The notes below the pieces were generated by a model that saw only the letters and a list, made by a program, of their open reading frames with translations, had not been told where the DNA came from and ran no database searches. This document shows, one piece after another, positions 50,793 through 63,899 of a stretch of 64,000 nucleotides of DNA. The stretch is from positions 9,302,001-9,366,000 of the forward strand of contig CM052832.1 of the NCBI GenBank assembly GCA_028534125.1, read 5' to 3'. The DNA comes from Lama glama. Lineage: Eukaryota. The position numbers and the translations under genes were made by a program. Within the stretch, counting starts at the first letter, position 1, and the number at the start of each line of letters is the position of its first letter.

Positions 50793-51466
50793 GAGATCCC
50801 TTTTGTCATTCCACCTGTGACTTTGTAAAGGGGGAACTAAGACCCAGAGAGGGGGAGCTGGCTGCCACGCAGAGAGCCTGGACCACAAAACCTCTCTGCA
50901 GAGGGGTCTTCCAAGGCACAACCCTGGCCTCCCCTGCGATGCCAGCCCTGTATGCCCTGCTTCATTTTTCTTGGAACCAGGGCTGGTGTTGCAGATGAGG
51001 ACTCTGACTTCATTTCAGATAATGCGCTTGGGTACAGTTTGCCTGGTGGTTGCCTAAATTTAAACGAAGTGGGCTGGGGTGGGTGGTTAGTGAAGAAGAT
51101 TGGCTTGGTGCTTTCACTAAAGCACAATGTGTTGGGGGAAGGTTCGGTTTTTATTTTTACTTCACTGAATGAGGGATGAGCACAGAGCTGAGGATTTTTC
51201 TCCCCCCTTTTCCTTTCCTTTCTTTCTTTTTAAAATTATTGAATCTCTGTATTGTCAAATCGGGACTGGTGGTGCATTTCCCTTTCAGCCTGAATATACA
51301 TTAAAGTAGTTTGAACTGGAATATTCTTATTTTGCATTTTGTGATGATCAGGTAGAGTAGTTGGGCAAGCCTCTTAAACCTCTAGAGACAAACTCTCTTT
51401 AGACTTGGGTTTCATTCCCATTTCTGGGCACTCGCTGGCTGCATGACCCTGAATACCGTTTTGTTT

Positions 51467-51665
51467 CATTTCATTTTCTTCTCTTTTTTCTTTTCTTTTT
51501 TCTCTTCTCTTCTCTCCTCTTCTCTCCTCTTCCCTTCTCTTCTCTTCTCTTCTCTTCTCTTCTCTTCTCTTCTCTCCTCTCCTCTCCTCTCCTCTCCTCT
51601 CCTCTCCTCTCCTCTTCTCTTCACTTCTCTCTCTCTTTCTTCCTTTCCTTTCTTCCTGTCTTTCT
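51467..51665. repeat. Polypyrimidine (CTTCT)n/(CTCCT)n tract next to a short L1 3' end (51666-51725, -)
   Basis: About 190 nt almost purely C/T, followed by AAGTATAGTTGATTTACAGTGCTGTG. Confidence 0.9.
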
Positions 51666-52179
51666 TAAATGGAAGTATAGTTGATTTACAGTGCTGTGTT
51701 ACTTTCTGGTATACTGCATAGTGATTTGAATATCGTTTCTGAACTTGACTCTTCTCTTTGTAGAATGCTCTTGGTATCAATACCTACGTTTTAGAATCGT
51801 CATCCCTCTGAACCACATGTTGGGAGCCCCTGGCATGCTGCATAGCATCTGGAGGGCACTCATGAATTATTACTGGTTGTCCATCCTCCACTGTGCTCTG
51901 CCCTCCAGCAAGTGGGGAGTGGATCAGAGGATGAGGTTGAGAAGATGGCTTCTGGAAGGAGAGGCGAGGTGATGGGGGATGGTATGCAGGTGTGTGCTGG
52001 AGTGGAGGGGGAGCGGGGGGAGGTGGAGTTTGGGGGGAACCTGGCTTGTCTCCTCGGGAGCAGGGGGTGAGGTAGCATAGAGACCTGAGCATCTGGACCT
52101 CTGCCCCCGAGGCATGTCTTCCTGGGGTTCACCTCATTGATTCTTTGCATTTAAACTTCTCAGCCTTTGAACATTCAGG

Positions 52180-52640
52180 TTTAAAAATAGGGTCCCTTTA
52201 TTGTTTCTCTGGTTACAAAAGCAATGTTATAGAAAAGTGGGAGCCGACAGAAAATCATAGAAAGAAATAAAAATCATTATCCCACTCTTCTGGAAGAAAC
52301 CAGTGTGGGGATTTGAAAGTCTGTGCCTCGAGGTTTTTTTTTGTTTGTTTTTGTTTTATCTGTGCCTGTATACATTGGGTATGTTTCCTGCTAGTTCATT
52401 TTTACAAAACTGGAATCATATTGCCCATATTGTTATGTAACGTGCTCTGAAAACAATATTCTTTGAGCGTTTCCCAGTTGTAAACTGTTCTTTTAAAACA
52501 GGGCTTTGGGTGGTGGCCCAGCATCCCGTTATGCAGATATTCCATAACTTGTTCAACCGGCCCCCTATTGTGCGTCACTTAAATTGCTTTCCGTTCCTTT
52601 TGCTCCTTAGGCTCGTGCTGCAGTGAATTGGGGAATGCAG
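52180..52640 (-). mobile_element. Ancient L1ME-like 3' fragment
   Basis: TTTTACAAAACTGGAATCATAT...TTCCATAACTTGTTCAACC...CCCTATTG. Confidence 0.5.
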
Positions 52641-53159
52641 ATTTTAATAACTGGATCCCTGTTTTAGGAGAGCAATTCTTGGGCGGAGAGTGCTGAATGA
52701 AACGGTTGCATTTGTTTCAAGGTTTGTTTTTTTTTCCCCCATGCCTTACCTGCTCCCTTTATCATTGGGCTTTGTCGGTGAACTCCCCATCTAGGGAAGC
52801 ACCGTGCCTCTTCTGCACTTCCACCCCGTCCTCCACATACCCCTCACTCTTCAGCCACGTCTCTGGTCATCGAGGGCAGCGGGAGCCACGGGAGATCACA
52901 GCTGCCCCAGGAGATCCTAGTTCAAGCCCGGACAGTGTCACTCTTTGATACTGTTTCTTTATTTGCAAAATGAGGGCAGATGATGAGGGTGAAATACAGT
53001 TGTGGCCTCAGATGTGCTTTGTAACCTGATGTACCATGACAATGTTGGTTGTTAGCGGTGATCACTTGGCCCACGGCCCATGACCTTGAGGAACAATCCT
53101 AGGGCCTGGTCCAGGGGTGCACAGCTGGCCTGCACCTGCTCTTGAGATCTGAATTTGAT

Positions 53160-53320
53160 GGCGCCCATCTCTTCCTGAGTCCATCTCCGCCGGGCCTCTT
53201 GTTGGTAGCTTGCAATCAGCCACACTGAGAGTATTTACACCACGGAAAATGACAAATGCTACGATTGAGGCTTTTTTTTTTTTTTTGAGAGCTAATTGTT
53301 AAACATTTGCCAGCACTTCA
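53160..53320. mobile_element. MER63-like (hAT-Blackjack) fossil
   Basis: GTTGGTAGCTTGCAATCAGCC...GAGTATTTACACCACGGAAA...GAGAGCTAATTGTTAAACATTTGCCAGCAC. Confidence 0.75.
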
Positions 53321-53724
53321 CACAGCCCCAGGTCCACTGTGTTTATTTGACATACATTGTTTTGAGTTTGTAGTTTTTTTCATATACTACTGTCTCATTT
53401 TCCCCAGCTGGACTATAAACTCTTGAGGGCAGGAATTAGATATTTTAAGTCTTTAATGATAGGGACCTATAGAGCAGCATTTGTACAAATGACCTCATGA
53501 CTTTAAGCTACATGAAAACATTTCACGCTCAGACTTTCACTCTGTGGGATTCACAGTAGCTACGTGGGCCCATGGCCCAGTCCTCTCTTAATGGCCCTTT
53601 ATGGATGGGTCTTACATACACAGAATTTTAGTTATTTAGCCTAAAAACTGCCCAGGGTATAATAAAGAAGCTTTATCTCCCTGTGTTTCCATCAGTGACT
53701 GTACTAATAATGGCTCGCAAGTAA

Positions 53725-53890
53725 TAGCTAACATTTATTGATTGTTTGCTGTGTGCCAGGTACATCCTAAATGCTTTTACAGACATTTTCTTGTTTAATC
53801 CTCACTCCAGTCATATGAAGAATACATCAGTATTATCCCTGTTTTATAAACGGGGAACACGTGTCACTCAGAGACGTTAAGTAACCCGGC
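53725..53890 (-). mobile_element. MIR SINE
   Basis: TAGCTAACATTTATTGA...TGTGCCAGG...TTTAATCCTCAC...ATTATCCCTGTTTTATA. Confidence 0.75.
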
Positions 53891-55284
53891 CATAATTGAG
53901 GAAGATCCTTCCTTCATTCATTCGGCATCTGATGCGGGCCACGTGCCAGCCCTGCCCTCACGGAGCAGTCCTCCTGAGCAAGACACATAATAAACAAACA
54001 GGCAGACATACCCTACAGTGTCAGTGGTCCCTGAGGGCTGTGAAGAAAATCAATCAAGGGGAGAGGATGGAGGCCGATGGGGCTGGGCTGGGGGAAGTCT
54101 GTCTCACTGCCTTTGAAACCCAGCCCACCCTGTAACCGACTGAGCACCCTGTACACTGTAGCCCCTCATGACATTGCTACTGGTTGGGTAACTGGGAGCA
54201 AAGCCTTACTGCAGGGGGATGATACGAGAAGGTGTGCCAAGAGCTTGCGGGAAGCTCGTCGGGGTCGCGAGCACCCTGGCCCCTCCAGTGTACTCATCTC
54301 AGTTCTGAGGGCTCCCAGGATGTGCTGGACGGGTGGAGTGAGTGAGCAGGAGGCTGAGCTGTGAATGCAGGAGGAGGAGAATGAGCAAGCCCCGTGGCGC
54401 TCTAGGGGTGGGAGAGGATACACAGATTTAGAGTCAGATACCCGCAGGGCCAGCAGCTTCCTCTAGGTCACTGTTCTTCTGGTACTTGTGGACACAGGAA
54501 GGTGCAGAGGGCAGGATGACTCCCCAAGGCTACCCTTATACCCACCAAGGGGTGAAGCCCAGTGTCCCATTCCCAGTCCTGTGCCCTGTGCAACACCACT
54601 GTCTCCCAGATTTGATTTGATTTTTTCATTCCTGGCTGGGGAATGATGGCAGATGGGTGCTGGAAGCTAGTTTAGGGACCTGTTGAAGGGCAACCCCCCT
54701 AACCCCAGGCATTCAGGAGCCAGAGTGGGTTATGAGGATGAGTTCCCCTCCGAAACGTGCTTCTAGAAGATGGGCCCTTCTGGTGTGTAAGAGACAGAAA
54801 GGATTTTAGGCTGCCTTCCCCCGCTGCCCACCCCCAACCCCATGCGTTCTGGTCCAGCCAGCGACCAGTGTGGTGGAGCCAACACTGATTCACAATCTAC
54901 TCTGTGTTCATTTGATAAGATACTGAAACTCCCTGCCCTGGGCCCCAGGAGATGGAGAATTGGGACCCAGGACCTGCTGTGCCGTTAATGTTAGCTGTGT
55001 GGTATGGGTCTTGGCCTGGTTTCTTCCTCCATCAAGGAAGGGACCTGGCCAATTGGTTTGATGTCTCTTTTTGCCCTGACCTTTGTTCTCAGCCAGAGAT
55101 GACACAAGGTCCCACTTACAAAGCATTTCTCTCGGTTCCTTTCCCAGGTAGAGGGCACTCCCTGGACTGTGGGGTGTGGGGCAGGATCTCAGGGCTGGTT
55201 TGTCCCCCTCCAGGGCATTTCTTGGTCTGTGGGTGCCCAGTATTTCCCCCCCATGGTTCCCAGTTCTAAGCCACCTGGTATTCA

Positions 55285-55800
55285 CTCGTGGTTAGGTGGC
55301 CGTGGCCCACACAGAACGTTCCCCACAAAGTAAAGCTCGCCCACAAGCGCTTTCCTAGCAGTGGGTGCGCCGGGCGGGGCTGAGGTGCTGGGTGTACTTT
55401 CCTCAGGTCGGGCGGTTGGGATTTCATGTCTCGCAGCCGTACAGTCCTCATCCTGGTCCCGCCAGTGGCCTCCCACCGAAACTTTACAGTGATACCCGGG
55501 CAAACACATACGCTTCAAAACTCAAATGTGACGAGGTGAGACAGCAACAGGAAGTGGGGAAGTGAGCAGAACAAAGCTGGCGACGTGTGCTCAGAAGGCT
55601 GGTGACCTTTTTTTTTTTTCCTTCTCTTTAAAATCATGTAGTTCTCTTCAATGGTTGAGGTAGAAGTTCTTGTTTGTTTGAAAAGTTTCAGCCTCTTGAG
55701 AGGCCTAAGGAGAGAGCACGTGGGGGAGTAAAACAAGTTTAGGGAAGATGCAGCCCCCCCCACCCCCGGGCTTGGCCAGAGGTATGCAAATCCATGGCAG
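55285..55800. promoter_or_regulatory. Candidate intronic enhancer / minor promoter
   Basis: Local CpG retention, GC box 55372-55379, tandem ETS sites 55547-55564, CACGTG 55717-55722, ATGCAAAT 55784-55791. Confidence 0.4.
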
Positions 55801-58572
55801 GGTGGTGTTCTCGAGACCCTTTGATCCTTTCACTCCACTCTCCTTTACTCAGGGCTGGGGAAAGTTATTTAATTGCTCCTCTCTTTCCTCTCTTAGACCT
55901 TTCTTTGTAGAACTCTTCCTGTACCTGGTGGACGTCGGTGGGGAAAGTGGGATTCTGCCCCCACACATTTTCTTTTTTTCTGCCCCTCTCTTTTTCTTAT
56001 TTTCTGCCAGTGACTGAAAAAGGAGAGAAAGCAAATTCAATCATTTGTTTCCGGGATTGGGAGGGCCCCCTTTCCCCAGCCCCTCCACCCTGCTTCTGTG
56101 TGTTGACTTTAACAAGACCCTGTCAAGCCTGTGAGAGCTGTCGCTCCCTGCGATGCCTCCCACCGGGAGGGCACACTTCACACGTAGGGGACAAATCTTG
56201 GCCAGATGGAGTGGAGGATTGTTAGTTTAGACAAATTGCATTTCTTTGGAAGAGCAGATACAGTCCTGAGGATTGACACTACCCCATAGGCGCTCCCGCT
56301 TTCCTGTTAGCTCAGGTTGAATTAGTTACATTGGGGCTTTGAGTGGGGTGCAGCCATCAGAAACAGTACTGGTGCTAAAAGCTGTTGCTAAGTTTCACCT
56401 GCCTTTCCTGCCAAGCTGAGGAAGTTAGGCGGGAAGATATGATAGGCATTCAGTAATGGCTGGATAATATTTAATAATGAAATAATGAAACAGGAATGGT
56501 AAGCCAGCACTTACTGGGCACATTTTTGGGTACCAGGTCATAGGTATGATCTTATTTCATGATGAGGGAACTCCATCGTACAGATGGGCAGTGGAGGCCT
56601 GGAACAGTAAGCTCAGTGACCTGAAGTGATGGAGCAGGTGTCCTGTCCCTAAGTTCACCTCTGTCATGGCTTGTGTCTCCTGTTGCCCTCTGTGTTCACT
56701 AGCACTGGTTTCTGAGATGGCTGGGTTTAGGGTGTGATCTGGGCCTGGCCATAGAGTGTCCCTTTGGAGGATGCTTGCTGGTCCAGGAGATGTCCCGACC
56801 CTGACTCCATTAGCTTTGCGGGATAGGCAGCCCTGCCCCTGACCTGTAGGCACACCTCGCTACCCTCTGCAGCCGAGCAGAGTATGTGTCAACTGTATTC
56901 CATTTGAAATGTACCAGGGCCAAGGCTATTCCAAAGAAAATTTGAAGGGTTTTTTTTTTTTCTCTTTTTAACGCTCCCTTTCTCCCCAGCTCTCTTTAAT
57001 GCCTGTGGTGTTTTGGCTTTGCCACGATTGGCTTGTAGAAAGGCCTGCTCTGAGCGTTCAAGTCTTGGTGGACGGGCTGTGTGGCACAGACTCTTTCCAC
57101 ATGATTTGGTCACCTTCCGACTTCCTTGTGGCTTCATTTCTGTTTTATTTCTTTGTTTTTCAGTCTTGTTGAGAGTAGAGCTGTGGAGGGCATAGCATAG
57201 CGAGCTGGACTATCAGCTAATTCAGAGAACTTGTGCACGATGAGGGGGACGAATAGGGCCTGAATAGGAAACAGGGTTTTTTTAAAACCCCGAGCAGGGT
57301 CGCCTCCAGTGGAAATTTGGCATTCGTGGGCTAGTCTGGGGAGTCCTAAACAACTTGCTAGCGGATTCCCCACCTCCTGAAGAGCCCAAGCCTACGGTGT
57401 CTTACTCTGGGGATGATGCCACCAAGCTGTGCAGGGGCGTGTTAGGCGGGGTGGTGCTGGCTGGTATTTTTTTAAGTGGATGCAACTTGGGGAGGGAAGG
57501 CGGAGCTCTCATGACAGTCTGCTTTTCAGTTTTCTATGAATCAAACAGACAGAGAGATTGGTTTGCATGATTGGGAGCTGTACCACTTGGCTGTGGTCAG
57601 TGGCCACTGTGTAGTGGCCGAGGCAGCAGCCGGGCAGGTGGGCCCTGCTCACGTCTCTCCCTGTCTTCTGCCCCTGGGGGTTTGGCACCATCTAACAGTT
57701 TGATACAAGAGTATGAACAGATAGAAAATCATTCTCAACTTCTGGTCCAGCTTCATTTCAGTGTTTCCCATCCCATTCCAATATTACCTTAATAAAGGTA
57801 ACTTTTTTTTAATTCCATGATGAAATCAAAGCTGAATCTTTCAACAACATGTATTTGAGTTCAGCCAATGTTCTATTATCTCTCAGTTGATTTTCATGCC
57901 CTAAGAGCCTGGCAGCTCCCTGGTGGAATCTTGCAAATTGAATGTAGCATCTTGGTCTGTTGATTGTAAAATTCTTGCGGGAAAATGTGGCCCAGAATGT
58001 GAACATTGGAACTTGGCTTTTTTTTTTTTAATTAAAAAGTGGTTCTCTATCTTTGATTATTTGTTTAAGTTCTGTAAGGAGTTAAGTGTTCAGCCCTGGG
58101 GAGGGATTGCCTCCCCCGCTCGCCCATGAACAGTTGAGAATTAATATGGTTTGTGGTTTAGAAACCCACCTTTTGTATCATTAACCACCAATGAATGCCA
58201 GCCTGAAATGTGTTCTTGTGCCAGAATAAACCGCACGGTTGTGGAAAAACGTAAAGGAAATGGAGGGTAAATTAGTAGTAAAAGGTGAAGGCTGGTGGGT
58301 GGGGGATGTGTGGGAGGGGGTGGCAGGAGGTGGGGGGAGAAAGGAACCCAGTCTGGCGGGGCACTTGGCCCTAGACAGGCTTGGACTTAACTAGTGAGAG
58401 AACATTAAAAGTATATGAACTATTGATGCTCTGCTTTCTGCATTTTTTTAGATTTGTATTTTAAAATTTGCTCGAAGCAGCAGCACAAAGGACACCAATG
58501 ACGTTTGTGGGAGTGGAATGGGTTTATCTCCACCCACGCACCTCTGTCAAGTTAGACTTCATTCATCTAGGA

Positions 58573-58788
58573 CGGTGGTTCTCAGCTGGGGGTGACCTTG
58601 CCCCCAGGGGACATTTGACAATGTCTGGAGACGTTTTTAGTTGTCACAACTATTTGGGGGGATGTTACTGACAGCTAATGAGTAGAGGCCTAGGAAGCTG
58701 CTAAACATCCTACAGTGCACAGAACAGCCTCTTACGACAAAGAATGATCAGCTCAAGATGTCAGTGGTGCTGAGGCTGAGAAACCTTG
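58573..58788. mobile_element. MER20 (hAT-Charlie), near full length
   Basis: GTGGTTCTCAGCTGGGGGTGACCTTGCCCCCAGGGGACATTTGACAATGTCTGGAGAC...GAGGCTGAGAAACCTTG. Flanks ATCTAGGA / ATCTAAGG. Confidence 0.88.
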
Positions 58789-60049
58789 ATCTAAGGGCCT
58801 GGTTGCTGTCCGTCCATCTTAAACAGAGCAGTGTCTTGGCACTGGGCTGTGGGAAGTGGAACAGCCAGGTCCCGAAAGCTTACTGCTCCAGAGATCTGGA
58901 AGTGTCCCAGGAATTAGCATTTTGGCCCAACTGCCCAATTTTGCAGCTTACAGTCATTTTTTCTCTACACTTTTCTTCTAACAATTCTCCATCTTATCCT
59001 GCTGCTCCATGAACCTGTCCCCCAACATTAATTCTCTCAGTGCGTTTTGCCTCTGCCCCCTACGAAATGCTATAATTTGACTTTTTCTTGCTTTTCTCTG
59101 TATACCACCCATCTTAAGGCTGTATTGGATGAGCCTGTGGTCCTCTTTGGAGAATCTGCTTTTCTCTACGCTAAAAACAGGTTAATGAATCTCCAAACTG
59201 CTATTCTGCATAAGATGTGCCCCTGTGTGCCATCCCGCTATATGGAGAATTAAAACTATGAACCATGTAATAAACTATAGACTTACTGCCAGTCAACTGT
59301 AAAACACATGCCTCTTTCAGACCACTTTTTGACAAGTTTCAGGTAAGAATGATAGCATATTAAATTATTAAGCAGTTTTATGACGGTGCAGGGAAGATTT
59401 ATCCTTCGATGAATAAATATTGCTGGAGCCCAATTTAGAACTTGACAAATGCTGATTTGCAGCTTAAAATATACGTACGGGTTATTTTATGATGAAGTGG
59501 CAGTTGTGGCGGGGTAGGGTTAAAGTGTTGGCAGCAGTACCTTTAGTAACTTGTCATTAAAACGTTGCCGCAGGCAGAGCTGCTGGGAGGATTCTTGGTG
59601 GTTTCTGGGGGTTCCTGCCACTCCTGGTAGGTATCGTGTCCAAGTCACTTTGTGATGCTCCATCTCAGCTGATGGTGCTTTGAAGCACTATTAAAAGTGT
59701 GGGTGGCCCCAGGTCCCTAGTAGTTGGTACTGCAGTGCACCTTCTGAGGATTCCACTTGCCTGGTTATGGAACTTCGGGGTAGCTGTGGTCAACGACTGT
59801 ACGTTTTTCAGATAAGGAAGGTAGCTTTGAGGATAAATGTTTTCAGAACCTCACTGAGAAGGGAAGCTGGTTTCGTGTTCTGGATGTGGCGATCATCCTA
59901 CTTTTGATTCAGAAAAACCTGGGACATTTGAACTGACAAATACAGATGCTTAGAGGAATAGAGAATTTATCGTTGAAACTGACCTGTAATATGTGTTGCC
60001 TGTATATATGCATCATGATGGTAGTGCTCCATGTGTTACTCACAGTCTT

Positions 60050-60900
60050 CTCCTGTTTCTTTATTTGTTTATTGCCTAGTTAGTGTGTGCACAGGGTATA
60101 AAAGTTGGAAGTTACAAAGAGTCTAAACTGGTGTATAGTAATTCTTCCTTTCTTTCCTTCCCCAGTCTCCCAATTCCCTTCTCTAGAGGTAACTACTGTT
60201 ACCAGCTTTTGGGTTATCTTTTTCAAAGGTAATCAATGCATATAAATGTGTATATGAACACAGTACTTTTGAACAACAACTGACATACTGCTCATGTCAT
60301 TCTGTGTCTCACTTATCTTTATCTAAGAGTGTACATGGAAAATTATTCCATATCATGACATACAGAATGTCCACATTGTGTCTTTATAGCTGCATAGCAT
60401 TCCATTTTGTGGATGAACCACCATTTATTACAGCAATCCCCTGACTGTGGTTATTGGGACAGTTTCCAGTCTGTTGTCATGACAAATTCTACTGCAGTGA
60501 GTATCTTTGTATACACACCATTTTGCACGTGTAGGAGTATGTCTGCAGAATAAATTCTTAAAAGTGGAATGGCTGGTAAAAGCATCTATACATCTGTGAT
60601 ATTGGTAGACATTGCAGGTATCCTTTCAAGGAGGTTGTAGCGATTTACACCCTCAATGAATGAGACATCCTCACCAACACAGTGAGTTATCAGACTTTTT
60701 GATCTTTGCCAGTCTGATAGATGAAAATTGGTATCTCAGTTAGTTTCAATTTGCATTTCTTTTATGAGTGCGGTTGAGCATTTTTTTTTCCCTCCCGCAA
60801 GGTTAAGATCCATTTGTATTTTGTTTCCTTGCAATTCGTATTCTTTGCCCATTTTTCTATCAGGTTGTTGGTCTTTCACACATCTTTTAGCTTTGGCATC
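60050..60900 (-). mobile_element. Ancient L1ME-like 3' region
   Basis: AGAGGTAACTACTGTTACCAG...TAGCATTCCATT...TTTTTGATCTTTGCCAGTCTGATAG...ATTCTTTGCCCATTTTTCTAT. Confidence 0.75.
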
Positions 60901-61424
60901 TCTTTGACTGATTTCTGTATTTGGCATAGCTCACTCCTGGGGTTGAGGTAGACCAGGCATTCAAATGAGGCTTTGGAGAGTGAGATGGATGATGAAATGG
61001 GTCCATCTTCTTGGGTGTAGCCATTCCTGCCTCTGAGGCAGCTGGAGTCCCTGCGCCTCGTGGTTTCTGGTCTCAGCCCTGCTCTCCTCCAGAGCTGGCC
61101 GCGGTCTGACTCAGGCAGACAGTGAGTGCCTATTGGTGTGTTGAACTTGTGAGGATGGGTTTGTTTAGGGGATGGCCATGAGTGAGACTGGGGAAGCCGG
61201 TGTTGGGAGCGGGATCCAGGGTACCAAGCACTTGCATGTCGCAGATTCACAGGAAAGGAAAATGGCAGCCACACTAAAAGTTGTCAAATGCGTGGTGTCT
61301 GGGAAGTCAGGAAAAATAGGATACACTTATTTATAAGTAGTATGTCAGTTTCGTTTTCAGTACTATGCTCAATATGTTTATTTTTAACCTTGACACATTT
61401 TCAGTTGCAGTTTATCTAAACATT

Positions 61425-61665
61425 AAAGTATTGATTCTTAACTGAAAGTGAGCCCTGTCCATTCCCCGCCCCACTGCCCCCCACCATCTCCGGCCCCAGA
61501 GCATTTGGCAGTGACTGGAGACAGTTTTGATTGTCACATTTAGTGGGAGGGGAAGGAGAATGCCACCAGCATCTTGTGAGTGGAGGCCAGGGATGCTGCT
61601 AAACATCCCACAACAATCAGGACAGCCCAACGACAAAGAATTTTCAGCCCCCAATTCCAATAGTG
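61425..61665. mobile_element. MER20 (degenerate)
   Basis: CATTTGGCAGTGACTGGAGACAGTTTTGATTGTCAC...GAGGCCAGGGATGCTGCTAAACATCC...AGGACAGCCC. Confidence 0.8.
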
Positions 61666-63899
61666 TTAATACATGCAAAGATCTCATATAAAGCCATGGG
61701 GTCCAATTGTTAATCTGAAAAAAAAAGTGTAATAGATCTACTATTTCCTTCAATTTTCAGACTTTTTAGACACTCAGTAGTGTCACAATTGGACTCACTG
61801 ATTTATTACATTTAGATGAACTTCACCTGAAAAGGTATGGAGGTTGAAGAAAAACATACTGAGCATTTTCTTTGAAAATGTAACTAGCACACGGTTTGAA
61901 AAGAAGTCTATCCTGTGTTTGCTGAGTTTCTGGGCACCCTGTGGGCTTCCAGCGGGAGCTGGGACCTGTCACTGCCTTTGCTCCTTCTTACTGCTCTTGT
62001 GACATGCTAGGTCCAGAGAGGGTACGATTTTTTTAACCTGAGACTCCTGAAAGGAGAGGGCATCAGTGCCCCAGCAGGATTGCCTTCTCTGGGCATCCAG
62101 GCTCTCAGCACAGTGGGAAGACGACACTGGGACCCTCTGCCTGAGTCTCCAGCACCCTCATTTCCCAAGCTGGCCCAAAGGTTCAGAAGAACGGGCAGAA
62201 ATACCCTTGGATTTCCACCCCCTCCCCCTTTTTTTCCCCAGAGAGGGAGGTGGCTGAGAGTGCAGGGTGAGGACCCGGACTGCCCAGTTGAAATCTTTAT
62301 TCTGCACCTGTGCCTAAATTTGGGGCCACAGTAAAAGGGGAGTGGTATTAGCATTGTTATAAAGATTCACTGAGTTAGTGTATAGAAAGTACTTAGCACA
62401 GTGCCTCTAAGCTCGCCTCACTCTCCTGATTTCAATTCGATGAGACTGCTTTTGAAGAGCCCAAGTTGGAGACTGAGAGGACGGTCCTACCTGGGCCGTG
62501 GGCCACCTTCTCATGGGGGATTCAGCTTTGGTCGGGCCCGGGCTGGCGGGGTCCCTGCCCTCCGTCCTCAAGGTGCATTTCCGCTTGGCCTCCACCACTG
62601 TCACCAGAGTTATTTATAAAATGGGGACAGCCTTTGGCCAGAACCTACAAACAGCCTGCCCAAAAGCTGTTGGTGAAGTCTACCTTTAATTTTGTTTCCT
62701 TTCACTCAGCTTGGAGGTTTGTATTTTGATAGTTTCCATGGATCCATTTAATGGCTGGGGGTCACAAGGGTCTCATGCCTGTGTGGGTGGTTTAACCTGA
62801 ATGCTTCAATCAGCACCTTTTGTGAAGACGTCACTAAATATACAGAAGCTTTGCAGGGTGCGGTGAGGGAAAGGAGCAGATAAACCTTGTCCCCAGGGAG
62901 CTTCCGTCCAGTGGGGGTGGCATAGCCCCTGACATCAGGTGCTCCCAGTCTGTCAGGCGAGATGGAGCCCCAGCCCTCATGGAACCCCCAGTCTGACAGA
63001 GGAGGCATCGGGTGAGTTCACAGTCTCATGAGTGAGATTGTTCATATTCTCGGGGAACTTCCAGTCTAATGGGGAGAGGCAGACCCTGCTTATCCGGCCT
63101 GATGGAGGAGATCTGAGTCTTGCTTTCTGACCCAGTTTGATGATGTGAAACACAGACAAAACCCTGAAGGAAATGGTCAGGATGGAGCAGCTCTTAGCCC
63201 TATAATTTTCTTTCTCCCCCCATGAAAGAAGTGAGGGAGATGGAGGGTCCATGGCAGCCCAGGGAAGAAGCAGATTCAGCATTGCTCTTTGAATTGGGTT
63301 GCAGCAGCCACTGTCACTGGCCTCTGCTGGCCGAGCCCCACCCTGAAATGTTGTGTAGGGGCTGTGCTATCTTTAGTGGTCACCCTTTGTAATCTTTAGA
63401 GGACGTTGCTGACGTGGCTGCTTCCTGGGCTGGACCTTTCTCCCTAGAGAGCTGTGCCTTTTGCAGGGTGAGAAGATGGCTTGGGGCAGGGGAGGCAGTG
63501 GGGAAGAGCTGGGGATTCCTACATCTTGGCTGCTGTTTGCCTTCTCCCGAGACAGAGGGTGAGATTTTTAGACCCTTTGGCCAGTCTATCTTAGGGTCAG
63601 AAAATAAGACCATCATAGAAAGAAATATCATTAGACATCATCTAGTCTTTTCTTCCCATTTCACAGAGGAGAATGGGGGTGCCCAGAGAAGGGAAGTGTT
63701 TTTCTCAGTGCTACTTAGTAGCTATGCTGGGCACATGGCCTAGCTCCTGAATCTGATCCCCAGCACAGGCCTGGTAACAAACAGTGGTCAGGGAGGTCCT
63801 GGTAAATCCTGCATCAGGGTTAGTGATTCCCCTGCTCAGAGGCCTGTGTGCTCCCATTCCACTTGGAGGAAAACCAGAGGCCTTAGGTGGCTTCAGAGC

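Noticed and set aside
51443..51780. Leu/Ser-rich and Glu/Arg/Lys-rich ORFs
   Set aside because: Translation of the pentamer microsatellite.
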